A stretch of 64,000 bases of DNA, taken from the NCBI GenBank assembly GCA_963749655.1, contig CAVVOB010000015.1, positions 96,001 to 160,000 on the forward strand, given 5' to 3'. The notes under the pieces are model-generated. The model was not told the DNA's origin. It saw only the letters and a list, made by a program, of their open reading frames with translations, and ran no database searches. Source of the DNA: Nitrospirota bacterium. Its GTDB lineage: Bacteria; Nitrospirota; UBA9217. Positions within the stretch are counted from its first letter, which is position 1; every line of letters begins with the position of its first letter. Both the position numbers and the translations under genes were made by a program. Shown here piece by piece: positions 1-10,837 of this stretch.

Positions 1-355
1 CCAGAGCCTTCTTTATGACAAAGGTGATCTCTTCCAGGTTAAAGGGCTTGCTCAGATAGTCATAGGCCCCGAGCTTCATGGCCTTGACCGCCGTTTCCAC
101 CATGCCGTAGGCGGTGATCATGATCACCATGAGACCGCGTTCCTGGACCTTCAAGGTGCTCAGGAGCTCCAGGCCGGTCATTTCCGGAAGACGGTTATCG
201 AGAAGCACCAGATCAGGCTGGTCCTCGTTGATCAGTTCCAGGCCTTTTTCCGCCGACTCAGCGGTCATGACCTCGTACCCTTCCTTTACCAGGTGCTGTT
301 CCAGGGTCCACCGGATCAGTTTCTCGTCGTCAATAACCAGGATTTTATGCGCCAT
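1..355 (-). CDS. Response regulator, N-terminal receiver domain (NtrC-like; truncated by window edge)
   Basis: Manual translation MAHKILVIDDEKLIRWTLEQHLVKEGYEV...LVLLDNRLP...GAYDYLSKPFN; GAGGAG RBS; directly downstream of histidine kinase. Confidence 0.9.
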   Translation of the reverse strand, partial: MAHKILVIDDEKLIRWTLEQHLVKEGYEVMTAESAEKGLELINEDQPDLVLLDNRLPEMTGLELLSTLKVQERGLMVIMITAYGMVETAVKAMKLGAYDYLSKPFNLEEITFVIKKAL

Positions 356-370
356 AGTCAGGTGCTCCTC

Positions 371-1849
371 TTATGCTCGGTCGTTCCGAGGGTACGGGAA
401 CGTAATGATGAAGCTCGCCCCCTTCCCCGGGGTGCTGATCACGTTGATCTCGCCCCCATGCTGCTCGATAATTCGCTGGGTGATCGACAGGCCGAGCCCT
501 GTTCCCTGCTGTCGGGTCGTGAAAAAGGGATTGAATATCCGGCCGAGATTTTCAACGGAGATGCCTTTCCCCGAGTCCGTGAAGGTTACTTCCACCGATC
601 CCGCGCTCTCCCCCCCGGGCTTGTACGCCCTTGTTTCCACCAGGAACGTACCGCCCTCGGGCATTGCCTGGATGGCGTTCAGCGCGATATTAATGAGCGC
701 CTGCTGAATAAGGTCCGGATCGAGCGTCAGCCAGGGCAGTCCCGGAGAAAGCTTCCGTTCGGCGGCTATTCCGTTCTTGGCGAACTGGGGCGCAAGGAAA
801 TCGTGAATCTTGCTGATCAGCTCGTTGATGTCCACCAGGGTCATCTTCGGTTCGGGCGGTCTCGCAAAGGAGAGCAGGTTGCGCACCGCCTTGTCCATGC
901 GTTCCACCTGCGACAGGACTTCTTCCAGCACCACCCGCTTCTGGTCACCCACAGCCTGGTCCTTCTTGAGCACCTGGATAACGCCGGCTATTCCCGCCAG
1001 GGGGTTCTTGATCTCGTGGGCGATGCCTGCGGCCATCTCGCCGATGGAAGCCAGCCGGTCCGCCCGCTTCATCTGCTCATAGTGGTACCGTTCAACACGC
1101 CTTCGCGCCCGCTCCAGTTTTGTCAGGAGCGAATTGAAGGCTTCGCCCAGCCGGCCGATGTCGTCGGAGCTCTTGACGTCGACGCGGGCTTCAAGTCCGC
1201 GTTCCGCGCGTTCCATCGTGACGATCAATTCCTGAATAGGGTCCGTCACGAAATGCGTCAGAAACAGGGACAGAGAGACTGCCAGGATCGCCGTTACGCC
1301 GAAAGCCCAGAGAAACATCGTCTTGCTCAGTTCGCCGACCTTCTCCTGGGTCTGGGCCATGGAGACGTCCACGGCCAGAATGCCGTTCAACTTGACCTTC
1401 GTACCGTGGCAGTGAAAGCAGCGGGCGTCGTTCTCGATGGGGAACAGAACGGAAAAAATGCCCTCTTCCCGCCGCTTGATCGGCTTCTTGAATTTGCTCG
1501 CAAGAAACCATTTTTGCGTAAAGGCATCCACTCTCCTGCCGATCATCCACGGTTTGGAGGATTTCAGGACGACCCCATTGGGGCTGAAAATCTTCACTTC
1601 CTGGATATTGTGGTACCCGCCGACCGCCTCCAGGATGTGCTGGACCTCTTTGCTTTTTCCGTCCAGCATGGCGTTAGCCAGGCTTCGATCGATCGTATTG
1701 GAAATGATCAGGACGTTGTCTTCGAGGGAGTCTTCCATCTGGGCGCGCTGATACCGGATGTTGATCCAGGTGCCCAGTCCGATGGTCACCGCAAGGATCG
1801 CTGAAACGGAAATAATGATCTTGCTTTTGAGGCTGGAGATGATCGTCAC
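371..1849 (-). CDS. Membrane sensor histidine kinase (periplasmic CxxCH, HAMP, HisKA, HATPase)
   Basis: GTG start overlapping pyrD stop; two TM segments, CFHCH, H-box IAHEIKNPL, N-box NAIQA, DSGKG, GTGLGL. Confidence 0.92.
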   Translation of the reverse strand: MTIISSLKSKIIISVSAILAVTIGLGTWINIRYQRAQMEDSLEDNVLIISNTIDRSLANAMLDGKSKEVQHILEAVGGYHNIQEVKIFSPNGVVLKSSKPWMIGRRVDAFTQKWFLASKFKKPIKRREEGIFSVLFPIENDARCFHCHGTKVKLNGILAVDVSMAQTQEKVGELSKTMFLWAFGVTAILAVSLSLFLTHFVTDPIQELIVTMERAERGLEARVDVKSSDDIGRLGEAFNSLLTKLERARRRVERYHYEQMKRADRLASIGEMAAGIAHEIKNPLAGIAGVIQVLKKDQAVGDQKRVVLEEVLSQVERMDKAVRNLLSFARPPEPKMTLVDINELISKIHDFLAPQFAKNGIAAERKLSPGLPWLTLDPDLIQQALINIALNAIQAMPEGGTFLVETRAYKPGGESAGSVEVTFTDSGKGISVENLGRIFNPFFTTRQQGTGLGLSITQRIIEQHGGEINVISTPGKGASFIITFPYPRNDRA

Positions 1850-2808
1850 CCTGCATTTACCCTGCCGATGAGATCGGCAAGTCTCCCTGCGCCCTGTTCC
1901 TGCAGCACCTGTTCCATCCCGGCGAGCACGTCGAGGGTCGCGCGGGGATTGACGAAGTTCGCCGTTCCGACGGCGACGGCTGTGGCGCCCGCCAGGATGA
2001 ATTCCAGGGCGTCCTCGCCGTTCATGATGCCGCCCATGCCGATGATCGGCAGGGGGACCGCTTTCGCCGTCTGCCAGACCATGCGGACAGCCACGGGCCT
2101 GATCGCCGGTCCGGACAGGCCGCCGGTGCAGTTCGCGAGACGCGGCTTCCCGCACCTCACATCGATCGCCATGCCGAGCAGCGTGTTGATGAGGGACAAT
2201 CCGTCGCAACCCGCGTCGCGCGCCGCCTTGGCGAACTCGGTGATATCGGTCACGTTCGGCGACAGCTTGGCGATGACAGGCAGCTTTGTGGCTTTCCTTA
2301 CCGCGGACAGAAGCTCAAAGGCCGCTGAAAGGTTCGTGCCGAATACGATGCCGCCCGCTTTTACGTTCGGACAGGAGATGTTCACTTCGAGTCCGGCGAT
2401 GCCGGGGACATCGCTGAGGCGCTCGGCCACGCCGACGTAGTCTTCGAGGCTGTATCCGAAGATGTTCACGATCACCGCCGTATCGAAATTCCGAAGGTAC
2501 GGCATCTTCCGGGTGATGAACACTTCGACACCGGGGTTTTCGAGCCCGATCGCGTTCAGCATTCCCGACGGTGTTTCCCAGATCCGCGGCGGCGGGTTCC
2601 CCTTGATCGGTTTGAGCGAGACGCCCTTGACGATCACGCCCCCGAGCTTGTTCAGATCGACGAATTCCGAAAATTCATCGCCGTAGCCGAAGGTGCCGGA
2701 GGCCGTCAGCACGGGGTTCTTCAGCCTGATGCCGGCAAAATCGACCGAGAGGTCGGGCTTCGTGATTGCGGATTGCGAATTGCGAATTGCGGATTTTTTA
2801 TCCTTCAT
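1846..2808 (-). CDS. pyrD: Dihydroorotate dehydrogenase B catalytic subunit
   Basis: KNPVLTASGTFG, EVNISCPN, KLSPNVTDI, GGLSGPAI motifs; start chosen at MKDKK after GAGGGG. Confidence 0.95.
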   Translation of the reverse strand: MKDKKSAIRNSQSAITKPDLSVDFAGIRLKNPVLTASGTFGYGDEFSEFVDLNKLGGVIVKGVSLKPIKGNPPPRIWETPSGMLNAIGLENPGVEVFITRKMPYLRNFDTAVIVNIFGYSLEDYVGVAERLSDVPGIAGLEVNISCPNVKAGGIVFGTNLSAAFELLSAVRKATKLPVIAKLSPNVTDITEFAKAARDAGCDGLSLINTLLGMAIDVRCGKPRLANCTGGLSGPAIRPVAVRMVWQTAKAVPLPIIGMGGIMNGEDALEFILAGATAVAVGTANFVNPRATLDVLAGMEQVLQEQGAGRLADLIGRVNAG

Positions 2809-2931
2809 TTCGCACATCCCCTCGGTATCGTACAAGAAGCACGGCCTCTTCCGCAATCGATCCTTGTAAATCCACATCCGCAGCACTCCACATCTCCTAA
2901 TTCGCGATCCGCAATTCGAAATCCGCAATTG
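2765..2931. repeat. Inverted pair of TTGCGRA / TCCGCAA heptamer tandem arrays at the pyrK-pyrD junction
   Basis: ttgcgga ttgcgaa ttgcgaa ttgcgga (2766-2793) facing tccgcaa ttcgaaa tccgcaa (2908-2928); same family at 42523-42624. Confidence 0.85.
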
Positions 2932-2939
2932 AAAAGCTA

Positions 2940-3764
2940 CTATTTCCTCTGCGGCATCGGCAGTTTCACCTGCTCCGCCCACTCGATCTCCCTGGAATCG
3001 AACACCGGTCCGTCCTTGCACACGCGTTTATAGCCGCCGGCTTTTACTCCGACCGAGCATCCCATACACGCGCCGAGGCCGCAGGCCATGCGTTCTTCCA
3101 TGGAGACATAGCAGGAAATCGAGTGTTCCGCCGCGATCCTGCTGACCGCCGAGAGCATCGCATGGGGCCCGCAGGCATAGATCGCGAGATGGGCTTTTGT
3201 TTCAATCTTCTCGAGAAAGGCATTCAGCAGGTCGGTGGACATCCCCTGGCGGCCTGAGCTCCCGTCTTCGGTTGCGATGTGAACTTTCGCGGTGTGGTCT
3301 TTGATGCTTTTCAGTACCCCGGCCGGCGGCAGGCATTCCCTGTTGCGCGCACCGGCAAAAAAATGCGCCGTCTTCCCGGCCCGGAGAGCAAAAAAATGAA
3401 GTGGCGGGAATCCGCTCCCCCCGGCGATGAGCAGCGGTACCAGGCCGCGCGGCGGGAGGGGAAAACCGTTGCCGATCGGTCCGAGCAGGGCAAGACTCTG
3501 CCCTTTTTCGATCCGCGTGAGCAAGGTCGTACCCCTGCCAACGACGCGGTAAAAGATCTCGATTGATGTTCTGGACAATACGGAGGAAATACCGAAGGGA
3601 CGCGCCAGGAGCGGATCCAGGTTCTCCGACACCCTCAGCATGACGAACTGGCCGGGAATGGCGGCTGCGGCCGTTTCCGGGGCATGGAGCACAAGCCGAT
3701 AGTAGCCCCGACCGGCGGCCTGATGAGAACGCACGACGGCCTGGTGAAACCTACTCGACGGCAA
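2940..3764 (-). CDS. pyrK: Dihydroorotate dehydrogenase electron transfer subunit
   Basis: PGQFVML, RPFGI, IAGGSG, ACGP, EERMACGLGACMGC...CKDGPVF; TTG start after AGGAGA. Confidence 0.93.
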   Translation of the reverse strand: MPSSRFHQAVVRSHQAAGRGYYRLVLHAPETAAAAIPGQFVMLRVSENLDPLLARPFGISSVLSRTSIEIFYRVVGRGTTLLTRIEKGQSLALLGPIGNGFPLPPRGLVPLLIAGGSGFPPLHFFALRAGKTAHFFAGARNRECLPPAGVLKSIKDHTAKVHIATEDGSSGRQGMSTDLLNAFLEKIETKAHLAIYACGPHAMLSAVSRIAAEHSISCYVSMEERMACGLGACMGCSVGVKAGGYKRVCKDGPVFDSREIEWAEQVKLPMPQRK

Positions 3765-4233
3765 TCTCGATCTCCTGTATCTCATACTCCACGGTCTTTG
3801 CAGGCGTCTTGATCGTGACCACATCGCCCACCTTGTGAGTGATGAGCGCCTTGCCTACAGGAGACTGGACCGATATTTTCCCCTTCTTGAGGTCGGCTTC
3901 CTCCTGCCCCACGAGCGTATATTTCTTGATATCGCCGGAGTCCGTGTCGGCGAGCGTGACCGTCGAGCCGAACACGACCTTTTCGTTCGTGAGCTTGGAG
4001 ACGTCGATGATCTGGGCGTGCGAAAGCTTGTTCTCGAGCTCGCGTTTCTTGGCGTCGAGATGCCCCTGCCGCTCCTTGGCGGCGTGGTACTCGGCGTTCT
4101 CGGAGAGATCGCCGTGCGCCCGGGCCTCTTCGATGTCCCTGATGTTCTTGGGGCGCTCGATTTTCATGATGCGATCGAGCTCCTGCTTGAGCTTGGCGTA
4201 GCCCTCTTTCGTCATGGGAATCTTCTGCGTCAT
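3751..4233 (-). CDS. greA: Transcription elongation factor GreA
   Basis: [18 protein letters not shown] and [12 protein letters not shown] motifs; ATG overlaps carB stop. Confidence 0.97.
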   Translation of the reverse strand: MTQKIPMTKEGYAKLKQELDRIMKIERPKNIRDIEEARAHGDLSENAEYHAAKERQGHLDAKKRELENKLSHAQIIDVSKLTNEKVVFGSTVTLADTDSGDIKKYTLVGQEEADLKKGKISVQSPVGKALITHKVGDVVTIKTPAKTVEYEIQEIEIAVE

Positions 4234-7200
4234 ATTCTGTGATACTCCTGAATGGACTTGACGGTTATGGCGTTCTTTTTGATCTCCGCGATGCCCCGTA
4301 CTGCCGCTTTTGCAGCGGAGATAGTCGTGAAATAAGGCACCCCCTTCATGAGGGTGGTCCTTCTGATCGAGTAGGAGTCCTTCTGTGACTGGGCGCCGGA
4401 GACCGTGTTGATCACCAGGTCGATCTGCATGTCCGTGATCTGGTCGACGATGTGCGGCCGCCCCTCGGTCACCTTGTTCACGGTCTCGACGGTAATGCCC
4501 CTCTTGCGCAGGTAGTCGGCCGTGCCCCTCGTTGCCACGATGGTGAAGCCCGACCGTTCCAGACCCTGCGCCACTTCGAGCAGGCCCGCTTTGTCCTTGT
4601 CCTTGACGCTCAGGAACACGCGGCCGGAAACGGGCATGGGATTGCCTGCCGCTATCTGGGACTTGGCGAACGACATGCCGAAGTCCATGTCGATCCCCAT
4701 GACCTCGCCGGTGGACTTCATCTCCGGCCCCAGGAGCGTGTCCACTCCCGGGAACTTTGCAAAGGGGAAGACCGCTTCCTTGACCGCAATGTGCTTGATG
4801 CTGACCGTCTTGGTGAAACCGAGCTGCGTCAATGTTTTTCCGGCCATGACCCTCGCCGCCAGCTTGGCCAGCGGCACGCCGATCGCCTTGCTGACGAAGG
4901 GAACGGTGCGGGACGCCCGGGGGTTGACCTCGAGGACGTAAATGCGGCCTTCCTTCACCGCGAACTGGATGTTCATGAGCCCGACGACGCCCAGTTCCAG
5001 CGCCAGCGCTTTGGCCTGGCGGTCGATGTCCTGGATGATCGGCTGGGGCAGCGAGAAGGGAGGCAGCGAACACGCCGAATCGCCGGAGTGGACGCCGGCC
5101 TCTTCGATGTGCTCCATGATGCCGGCGACAACCACCGCGGTCCCGTCGGAAATTGCGTCCACATCGATCTCGACGGCGTCTTCCAGATACTTGTCCACGA
5201 GCACCGGCCGTTCGGGCGAGGCCTTCACGGCGCGGGACATGTAGTTGCGGAGGCTGTCTTCGTCGTAGACGATCTCCATGGCCCGTCCGCCCAGCACGTA
5301 GGACGGCCGCACCATGACGGGGTAGCCTATGCGGTTCGCCGCGTCCACGGCCTCGTCGCACGACACCGCCGTTCCGCTCTCGGCCTGCAGGAGTCCGAGC
5401 TTGTCGAGGAGTTCCTTGAAGCGCTTCCGGTCCTCGGCCCGGTCGATGCTGTCGGGAGTCGTGCCGAGAATGCGTACCCCCGCCTGCTCGAGCGGCACTG
5501 CGAGCTTCAGCGGCGTCTGGCCGCCGAACTGGACGATGACGCCCACCGGCTTTTCCCGGTGTATAATATGTAAAACATCTTCCAGTGTCAAGGGTTCAAA
5601 ATACAGGCGGTCCGAGGTGTCATAGTCGGTGCTCACGGTCTCGGGGTTGCAGTTCACCATGATCGTTTCGAAGCCGTCGTCCTTGAGCGCGAACGCCGCG
5701 TGCACGCAGCAGTAATCGAACTCGATCCCCTGCCCGATCCGGTTCGGCCCCCCGCCCAGGATGACGATCTTCTTCCGGTCCGTCGGATTTGCCTCGCATT
5801 CGGCTTTCTGGAGTCGCGTACCGCCTGCCCCTGTAAGGGCGAACGGCCGTTCGCCCATACCGTATAAAACGGCTTTTCATAGGTGGAATACAGATAGGGC
5901 GTATGGGCCTCGAACTCCGCGGCGCAGGTGTCCACGGTCTTAAAAACCGGCAGGATGCCCAGCTCATAGCGCTTTTTCCTCACCGCATCCTCGGTCGTGG
6001 TGAACAGCCTGGCGAGTCTGCGGTCCGAGAAGCCGTATTCCTTTGCCTTGCGGAGCGGATGGTCGAGAGAGGGATTGGCGTCGCCCAGGATCTGCGAGGC
6101 ATTGTTCCGGAGTTCCTTTTCCATATCCGTGATCTGTTTTATCTGATAGAGGAACCAGGGATCGATCTTGGAAAGGCCGAACACCTCTTCGACGGTCATG
6201 CCCGTGCGGAAACCGTCGGCGATGTACCAGATCCGCTCCCAGTTGGGCACGCTGATTTTCTGCCTGATGTCGGCGACATCGTGCTCCCCGTCTCCGTCGC
6301 GGTCGCGGCGGGATTCGAATCCGTAGCGGTCGATCTCGAGCGACCGGAGGGCCTTTTGGAGCGACTCCTTGAACGTGCGGCCGATGGACATCGCCTCTCC
6401 CACGGATTTCATCTGCGTCGTGAGCGTGGCGTCCGCCTGGGGGAATTTTTCGAAGGCAAAGCGCGGGAATTTGACGACCACATAGTCGATCGTGGGCTCG
6501 AAGGACGCCGGCGTGGCCTTGGTGATGTCGTTCGTGATCTCGTCGAGCGTGAAGCCGACGGCAAGTTTTGCGGCGATCTTGGCGATGGCGAATCCCGTTG
6601 CTTTGGAAGCCAGCGCCGAGCTTCGCGACACGCGCGGGTTCATTTCGATAACGACGATCCGGCCGTCGTCGGGATTGACCCCGAACTGGATGTTCGATCC
6701 GCCGGTGTCCACGCCGATCTCCCGGATGATCCTGAGAGAGGCGTCGCGCATAAGCTGGTATTCCTTGTCCGTCAGGGTCTGCGCCGGCGCCACGGTGATA
6801 CTGTCGCCGGTATGGATGCCCATGGGGTCGAAGTTCTCGATGGAGCAGACGATGACCACATTGTCCTTGGTGTCCCGCATCACCTCGAGCTCGAATTCCT
6901 TCCAACCGACCACGGACTCCTCGATCAGCACCTGATGGACCGGGCTTGCCTCGAGTCCTCTCGTGATCAGTTCGGTGAACTCCTCCCGGTTGTAGGCGAT
7001 GCCGCCGCCCGTTCCGCCGAGGGTGAATGCCGGCCGCAGGATCGCGGGAAACCCGATCTGCTCCAGGATCACGTATGCCTGTTCCCGGCTCGTGGCAAAC
7101 CCGCTCTTCGGCACTTCCAGGCCGATATGCTCCATGGCCTTTTTGAAGAGCTCGCGGTCCTCCGCCTTCTTGATCGCCGGAAGCTTTGCGCCGATCAATT

Positions 7201-7540
7201 CCACGTTGTGCTTCGCCAATGCGCCGGACTCGGCAAGGGCAACGGCCGTGTTGAGCGCTGTCTGGCCCCCCATGGTCGGCAGCAGTGCATCGGGCCGCTC
7301 GCGCTCGATGATCTTCTCCACTACTTCCGGCGTGATGGGCTCGATATAGGTACGGTGCGCCATCTCGGGGTCCGTCATGATCGTGGCGGGGTTGGAGTTG
7401 ACGAGCACGATCTCGTACCCCTCCTCCTTGAGCGCCTTGCAGGCCTGCACGCCCGAGTAGTCGAACTCGCAGGCCTGTCCGATCACGATCGGCCCCGCGC
7501 CGATGATCAGGATTTTTTTAATGTCGGTTCTCTTCGGCAT
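4230..7540 (-). CDS. carB: Carbamoyl-phosphate synthase large subunit, split by an apparent 1-nt frameshift near 5830
   Basis: ORF 5654..7540 ([30 protein letters not shown]) and ORF 4230..5858 ([26 protein letters not shown] domain) join if one base is added to the C4 run at 5828-5831. Confidence 0.95.
5833..5860. repeat. REP-like palindrome inside carB
   Basis: GTA-a-GGGCGAACGGCCGTTCGCCC-a-TAC; perfect 20-bp palindrome 5837-5856. Confidence 0.85.
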
Positions 7541-7553
7541 TTATCCCTTCCTC

Positions 7554-7596
7554 AACTCTAAACTCTAAACTCAGAACTCAAAACTTATAACTGCTG
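7554..7596. repeat. AACTCWA heptamer tandem array
   Basis: aactcta aactcta aactcag aactcaa aacttat aactgct between radical SAM stop and carB RBS. Confidence 0.8.
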
Positions 7597-8499
7597 TTAA
7601 AACTCCTGCACCCACCCGTTCTCCAGTCCGTACTGCTGCATGATCCGGTAGGCCTCATCATACTCCCCAGCCGTGACCCTTCGCGACAGGTTCTTGAATT
7701 CATGCGCCCGGAAGGCGGGAAAGTACTGGGACATGAGGCTGATATGCACGTCCTTTGAAATCTCTTCCGACAGGAACTGCATTACTTCTTTCGTGCCCGA
7801 CAAACCGCTCGGCAGAACGAGGTGACGTACGATCAGACCGCGTTTCGCGATGCCGCTGCCGTCGAGCTCGAGATTGCCGACCTGCCGGAACATTTCCCGC
7901 ACCGCGGCCCGGTTGACTTCAGGATAATTCGGCGCAATCGAATACTTCATTGCCGCCGCCCCGATCCCGTACCGCATGTCGGGAAGATAGATATCGACGA
8001 TGCCGTCGAGCAGCCGGAGCGACTCTACCGAATCGTATCCGCTCGTGTTGTATACGATCGGGAGATGGAAATCCCGCTCCCTGGCGATGGCGAGAGCACG
8101 CAGGATCTGCGGCATGAAGTGCGTCGGCGTCACCAGGTTCAGGTTGTGGCACCCCTGCTCCTGGAGCCAGAGCATCTGACAGGCAAGCTCTCCCGGCGTC
8201 CGCTCCGCGCCGTTGCCCATCTGGCTGATGGGATAGTTCTGGCAATAAACGCACTTCAGGTTGCAGTTGGTGAAAAAGACCGTGCCCGAGCCTTTCGTGC
8301 CTGACAGCGGAGGCTCCTCACCGTGATGAGGGCTGACGCTGGAGATCACGGGGTTCAGGCCCGACCGGCAGAAGCCGAGTTTGTCGTTCTTCAGCCGGTT
8401 CACCCCGCATTCGCGGGGGCAGACGCGGCAGGACTCGAGGAAAGCATATGCTGTCTCGATCCGCTTTTGTAATTCCCCTTGTGAAACCTGCACTGCCAT
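7597..8499 (-). CDS. Radical SAM protein, PflX-like (PFL-activating enzyme related)
   Basis: CRVCPRECGVNR, HHGEEPPLSG, CNLKCVYCQN (CxxxCxxC), NLNLVTPTHF, DIYLPDM. Confidence 0.9.
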   Translation of the reverse strand: MAVQVSQGELQKRIETAYAFLESCRVCPRECGVNRLKNDKLGFCRSGLNPVISSVSPHHGEEPPLSGTKGSGTVFFTNCNLKCVYCQNYPISQMGNGAERTPGELACQMLWLQEQGCHNLNLVTPTHFMPQILRALAIARERDFHLPIVYNTSGYDSVESLRLLDGIVDIYLPDMRYGIGAAAMKYSIAPNYPEVNRAAVREMFRQVGNLELDGSGIAKRGLIVRHLVLPSGLSGTKEVMQFLSEEISKDVHISLMSQYFPAFRAHEFKNLSRRVTAGEYDEAYRIMQQYGLENGWVQEF

Positions 8500-8509
8500 G
8501 ATTCTCTTC

Positions 8510-8681
8510 AACCACGGATGAACACAGATGAGCACGGATATAACACTACAGCTCTTTCTGTGGTCTCAGTGGTCGCTCAATAAATTTATAAATTTGTCCG
8601 AATGAAGCTGCTTCTTTGCCGTTAACAGGCAAATGGGAATTTTTTCGCCTTATCAGTGTTCATCCGTGTTCATCTGTGGTT
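8510..8681. repeat. Inverted pair of 10-mer tandem arrays (ACACRGATGA)
   Basis: aaccacggatgaacacagatgagcacggat (8510-8539) vs atcagtgttcatccgtgttcatctgtggtt (8652-8681). Confidence 0.88.
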
Positions 8682-9807
8682 AAGCTGGACTTTTAAACTT
8701 CTCCATCATATCCACGAACCGCTGGAACAGGTATCTGCTGTCGTGCGGCCCCGGCGAAGCCTCGGGATGGTACTGCACGGAGAACGCGGGCAGGGTCTTG
8801 TGCTGCATCCCTTCGCAGGTCTTGTCGTTCAGGTTCATGTGGGTCATGACGACCTGGTCTTTCACCGTTTCCATGTCCACGGCGAAGCCGTGATTTTCCG
8901 CCGCAATCTCGACCTTGCGGGTCGTCAGGTCCATGATCGGCTGGTTGCCGCCATGGTGGCCGAACTTGAGCTTGTAGGTCTTCCCGCCCAGGGCAAGGCC
9001 CAGGAGCTGCTGCCCCAGGCAGATGCCGAAAACCGGTTTCTTGCCCAGGATCTTCCTGATATTTTCGACGGCGTAGGTGACCGGCTCGGGATCGCCCGGC
9101 CCGTTGGAGAGGAACACTCCGTCGGGATTCATCCCGAGCACCTCTTCCGCCGGCATGGTTGCGGGAACAACCGTCACATCGCAGCCGGCCTGCGTCAGAA
9201 GCCGAAGGATATTCCGCTTGATGCCGTAGTCGTAGGCGACGACCCGGTACCGCGTTGCCGGCTTCTTCCCGTATCCGGAGGCAAGGTCCCAGTCCGCTTC
9301 GTCCCAGTGATAGGGCTCCTTGCAGGTGACCTCCCGGGCAAGGTCGAGTCCGCTCATCTTCGGCAGCTTCCCCGCTTTTGCAAAAAGGCTCCCGGGATCC
9401 AGGTCTTTGGTCGAAATGACGCCGGGCTGGGCGCCGAAATCGCGGAGATGGCGCGTCAGGGCGCGGGTGTCGATACCGTGGATCCCGACGATGCCGTGGG
9501 CCTTCAGATAGTCGTGGAGCGTCCGCTTCATGCGCCAGTTGCTCGGCATGTCCATATATTCCTTCGCGATGAAGCCCTCGACATAAGGCTTGCCGGACTC
9601 TACGTCCTCGTCGTTGACGCCGTAGTTCCCTATCTGAGGGTAGGTCATCGTGACGATCTGGCCCTTGTACGACGGGTCAGTCAGGATCTCCTGGTATCCC
9701 GTCATGCTCGTGTTGAACACCACCTCACCCGAGGTCTCGCCCTCGGCGCCGAAGGAATATCCTTCGAAGACCGGTCCGTCCGCCAATGCAAGTATTGCCT
9801 TTTTCAT
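8680..9807 (-). CDS. carA: Carbamoyl-phosphate synthase small subunit
   Basis: GEVVFNTSMTGYQE, LSNGPGDP, FGICLG, SVQYHPEASPGPHD. Confidence 0.97.
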   Translation of the reverse strand: MKKAILALADGPVFEGYSFGAEGETSGEVVFNTSMTGYQEILTDPSYKGQIVTMTYPQIGNYGVNDEDVESGKPYVEGFIAKEYMDMPSNWRMKRTLHDYLKAHGIVGIHGIDTRALTRHLRDFGAQPGVISTKDLDPGSLFAKAGKLPKMSGLDLAREVTCKEPYHWDEADWDLASGYGKKPATRYRVVAYDYGIKRNILRLLTQAGCDVTVVPATMPAEEVLGMNPDGVFLSNGPGDPEPVTYAVENIRKILGKKPVFGICLGQQLLGLALGGKTYKLKFGHHGGNQPIMDLTTRKVEIAAENHGFAVDMETVKDQVVMTHMNLNDKTCEGMQHKTLPAFSVQYHPEASPGPHDSRYLFQRFVDMMEKFKSPA

Positions 9808-9851
9808 TCGTTTTCTATCCTTCGATAAACCGTGATCGCAGGGCAGGCGCT

Positions 9852-10837
9852 TCACTGACCCTGACGTTTTGAATCGATCGTTTCAACGGTGCCGACGGGG
9901 GCGCTCACGATTTTCTCGGTGACGGGATGGATCTGGAACCGGTCTCTCACCTTTCCGTTCCGGTCGATCACCTCCGCGCTCACCTGGTCGTTGTCCACGG
10001 TCACATGAACAAAGTGATGAAACCCTCCGTCCTCGTCCTGGACATAGAGCGGAGCTCCCGCGCCTCCCGAAATGATGTGCTGAATGCCGTCAACCTCTTT
10101 TTTCTGATAAAAATGCTCATGACCCGCGAACACTGCATCAACGCCGGCCTTGACAAAAAGGGCCTCCAGCCGGTCCCGGTCCTCGGGATACTTGTCCAGG
10201 CAGTCACCCCAATGCCTTCCTTTCCGATATTCCGTATAGAGCGGATGGTGCAGGAAAACGAAGGTGTGCTTGTAGCCCGGCTTCGCAAGGACCTCTTCGA
10301 GCCATTTCAGCTGTTTGCCCGTGATCTTTTTCTCCTGGTCCTTCAGGTACGAATCAAGAACGATAAACAGCGAGTTGCCTGCTGCAAAGGAATAGAACAG
10401 CTCGTTCCCGGGGAGATCGACCTGATCTCGGTAGATCTGTTCGCTGGCCGGCATGATCGGGCTGATATCGTGATTTCCTACGGTCAGAAAAAAGGGACCT
10501 CTATCAATTTGGACAAAGACCAGAAGGCCATCCACTCCTGGGGATCGCCGGGTGTCTCGATAGCGTCGCCTGTCGTCACGACGAAATCCGGCTTAAGCGC
10601 CGTTGCCATGATGACCATCTTTTTATAAACGACTTTGTCGGACCGGTTGTCGCCGAAGACCACGAAACTGAACTTTCCTTCGAGCGGCCCGAGGGAGGCA
10701 AGCTTCTTCTCGATGTGCTGGTTCTGTATAGCGAACGCCGTCCCTGCGGAAACAAGAACGAAGACGATCAGAAGAGCTGCAGTCTTAGTCCGCAAAGAGA
10801 CTTTTCCCGATCCTGTCGGGAAATCCGCAATTCCCAC
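9852..10837 (-). CDS. Secreted calcineurin-like metallophosphoesterase (1-nt frameshift at A6 run 10488-10493)
   Basis: Signal peptide, VFGDNR, TTGD in ORF 10484..10888; GNHD, HHP, AGHEH in ORF 9852..10535. Confidence 0.85.

Noticed and set aside
293-1804. Long antisense ORFs (also 4452, 5903, 8656, 62065 and others)
   Set aside because: Shadow frames of well-supported genes in GC-rich DNA with no motifs.
3751-5361. 536-aa GreA fusion
   Set aside because: N-terminal part is an alternative frame of carB; GreA starts at 4233.
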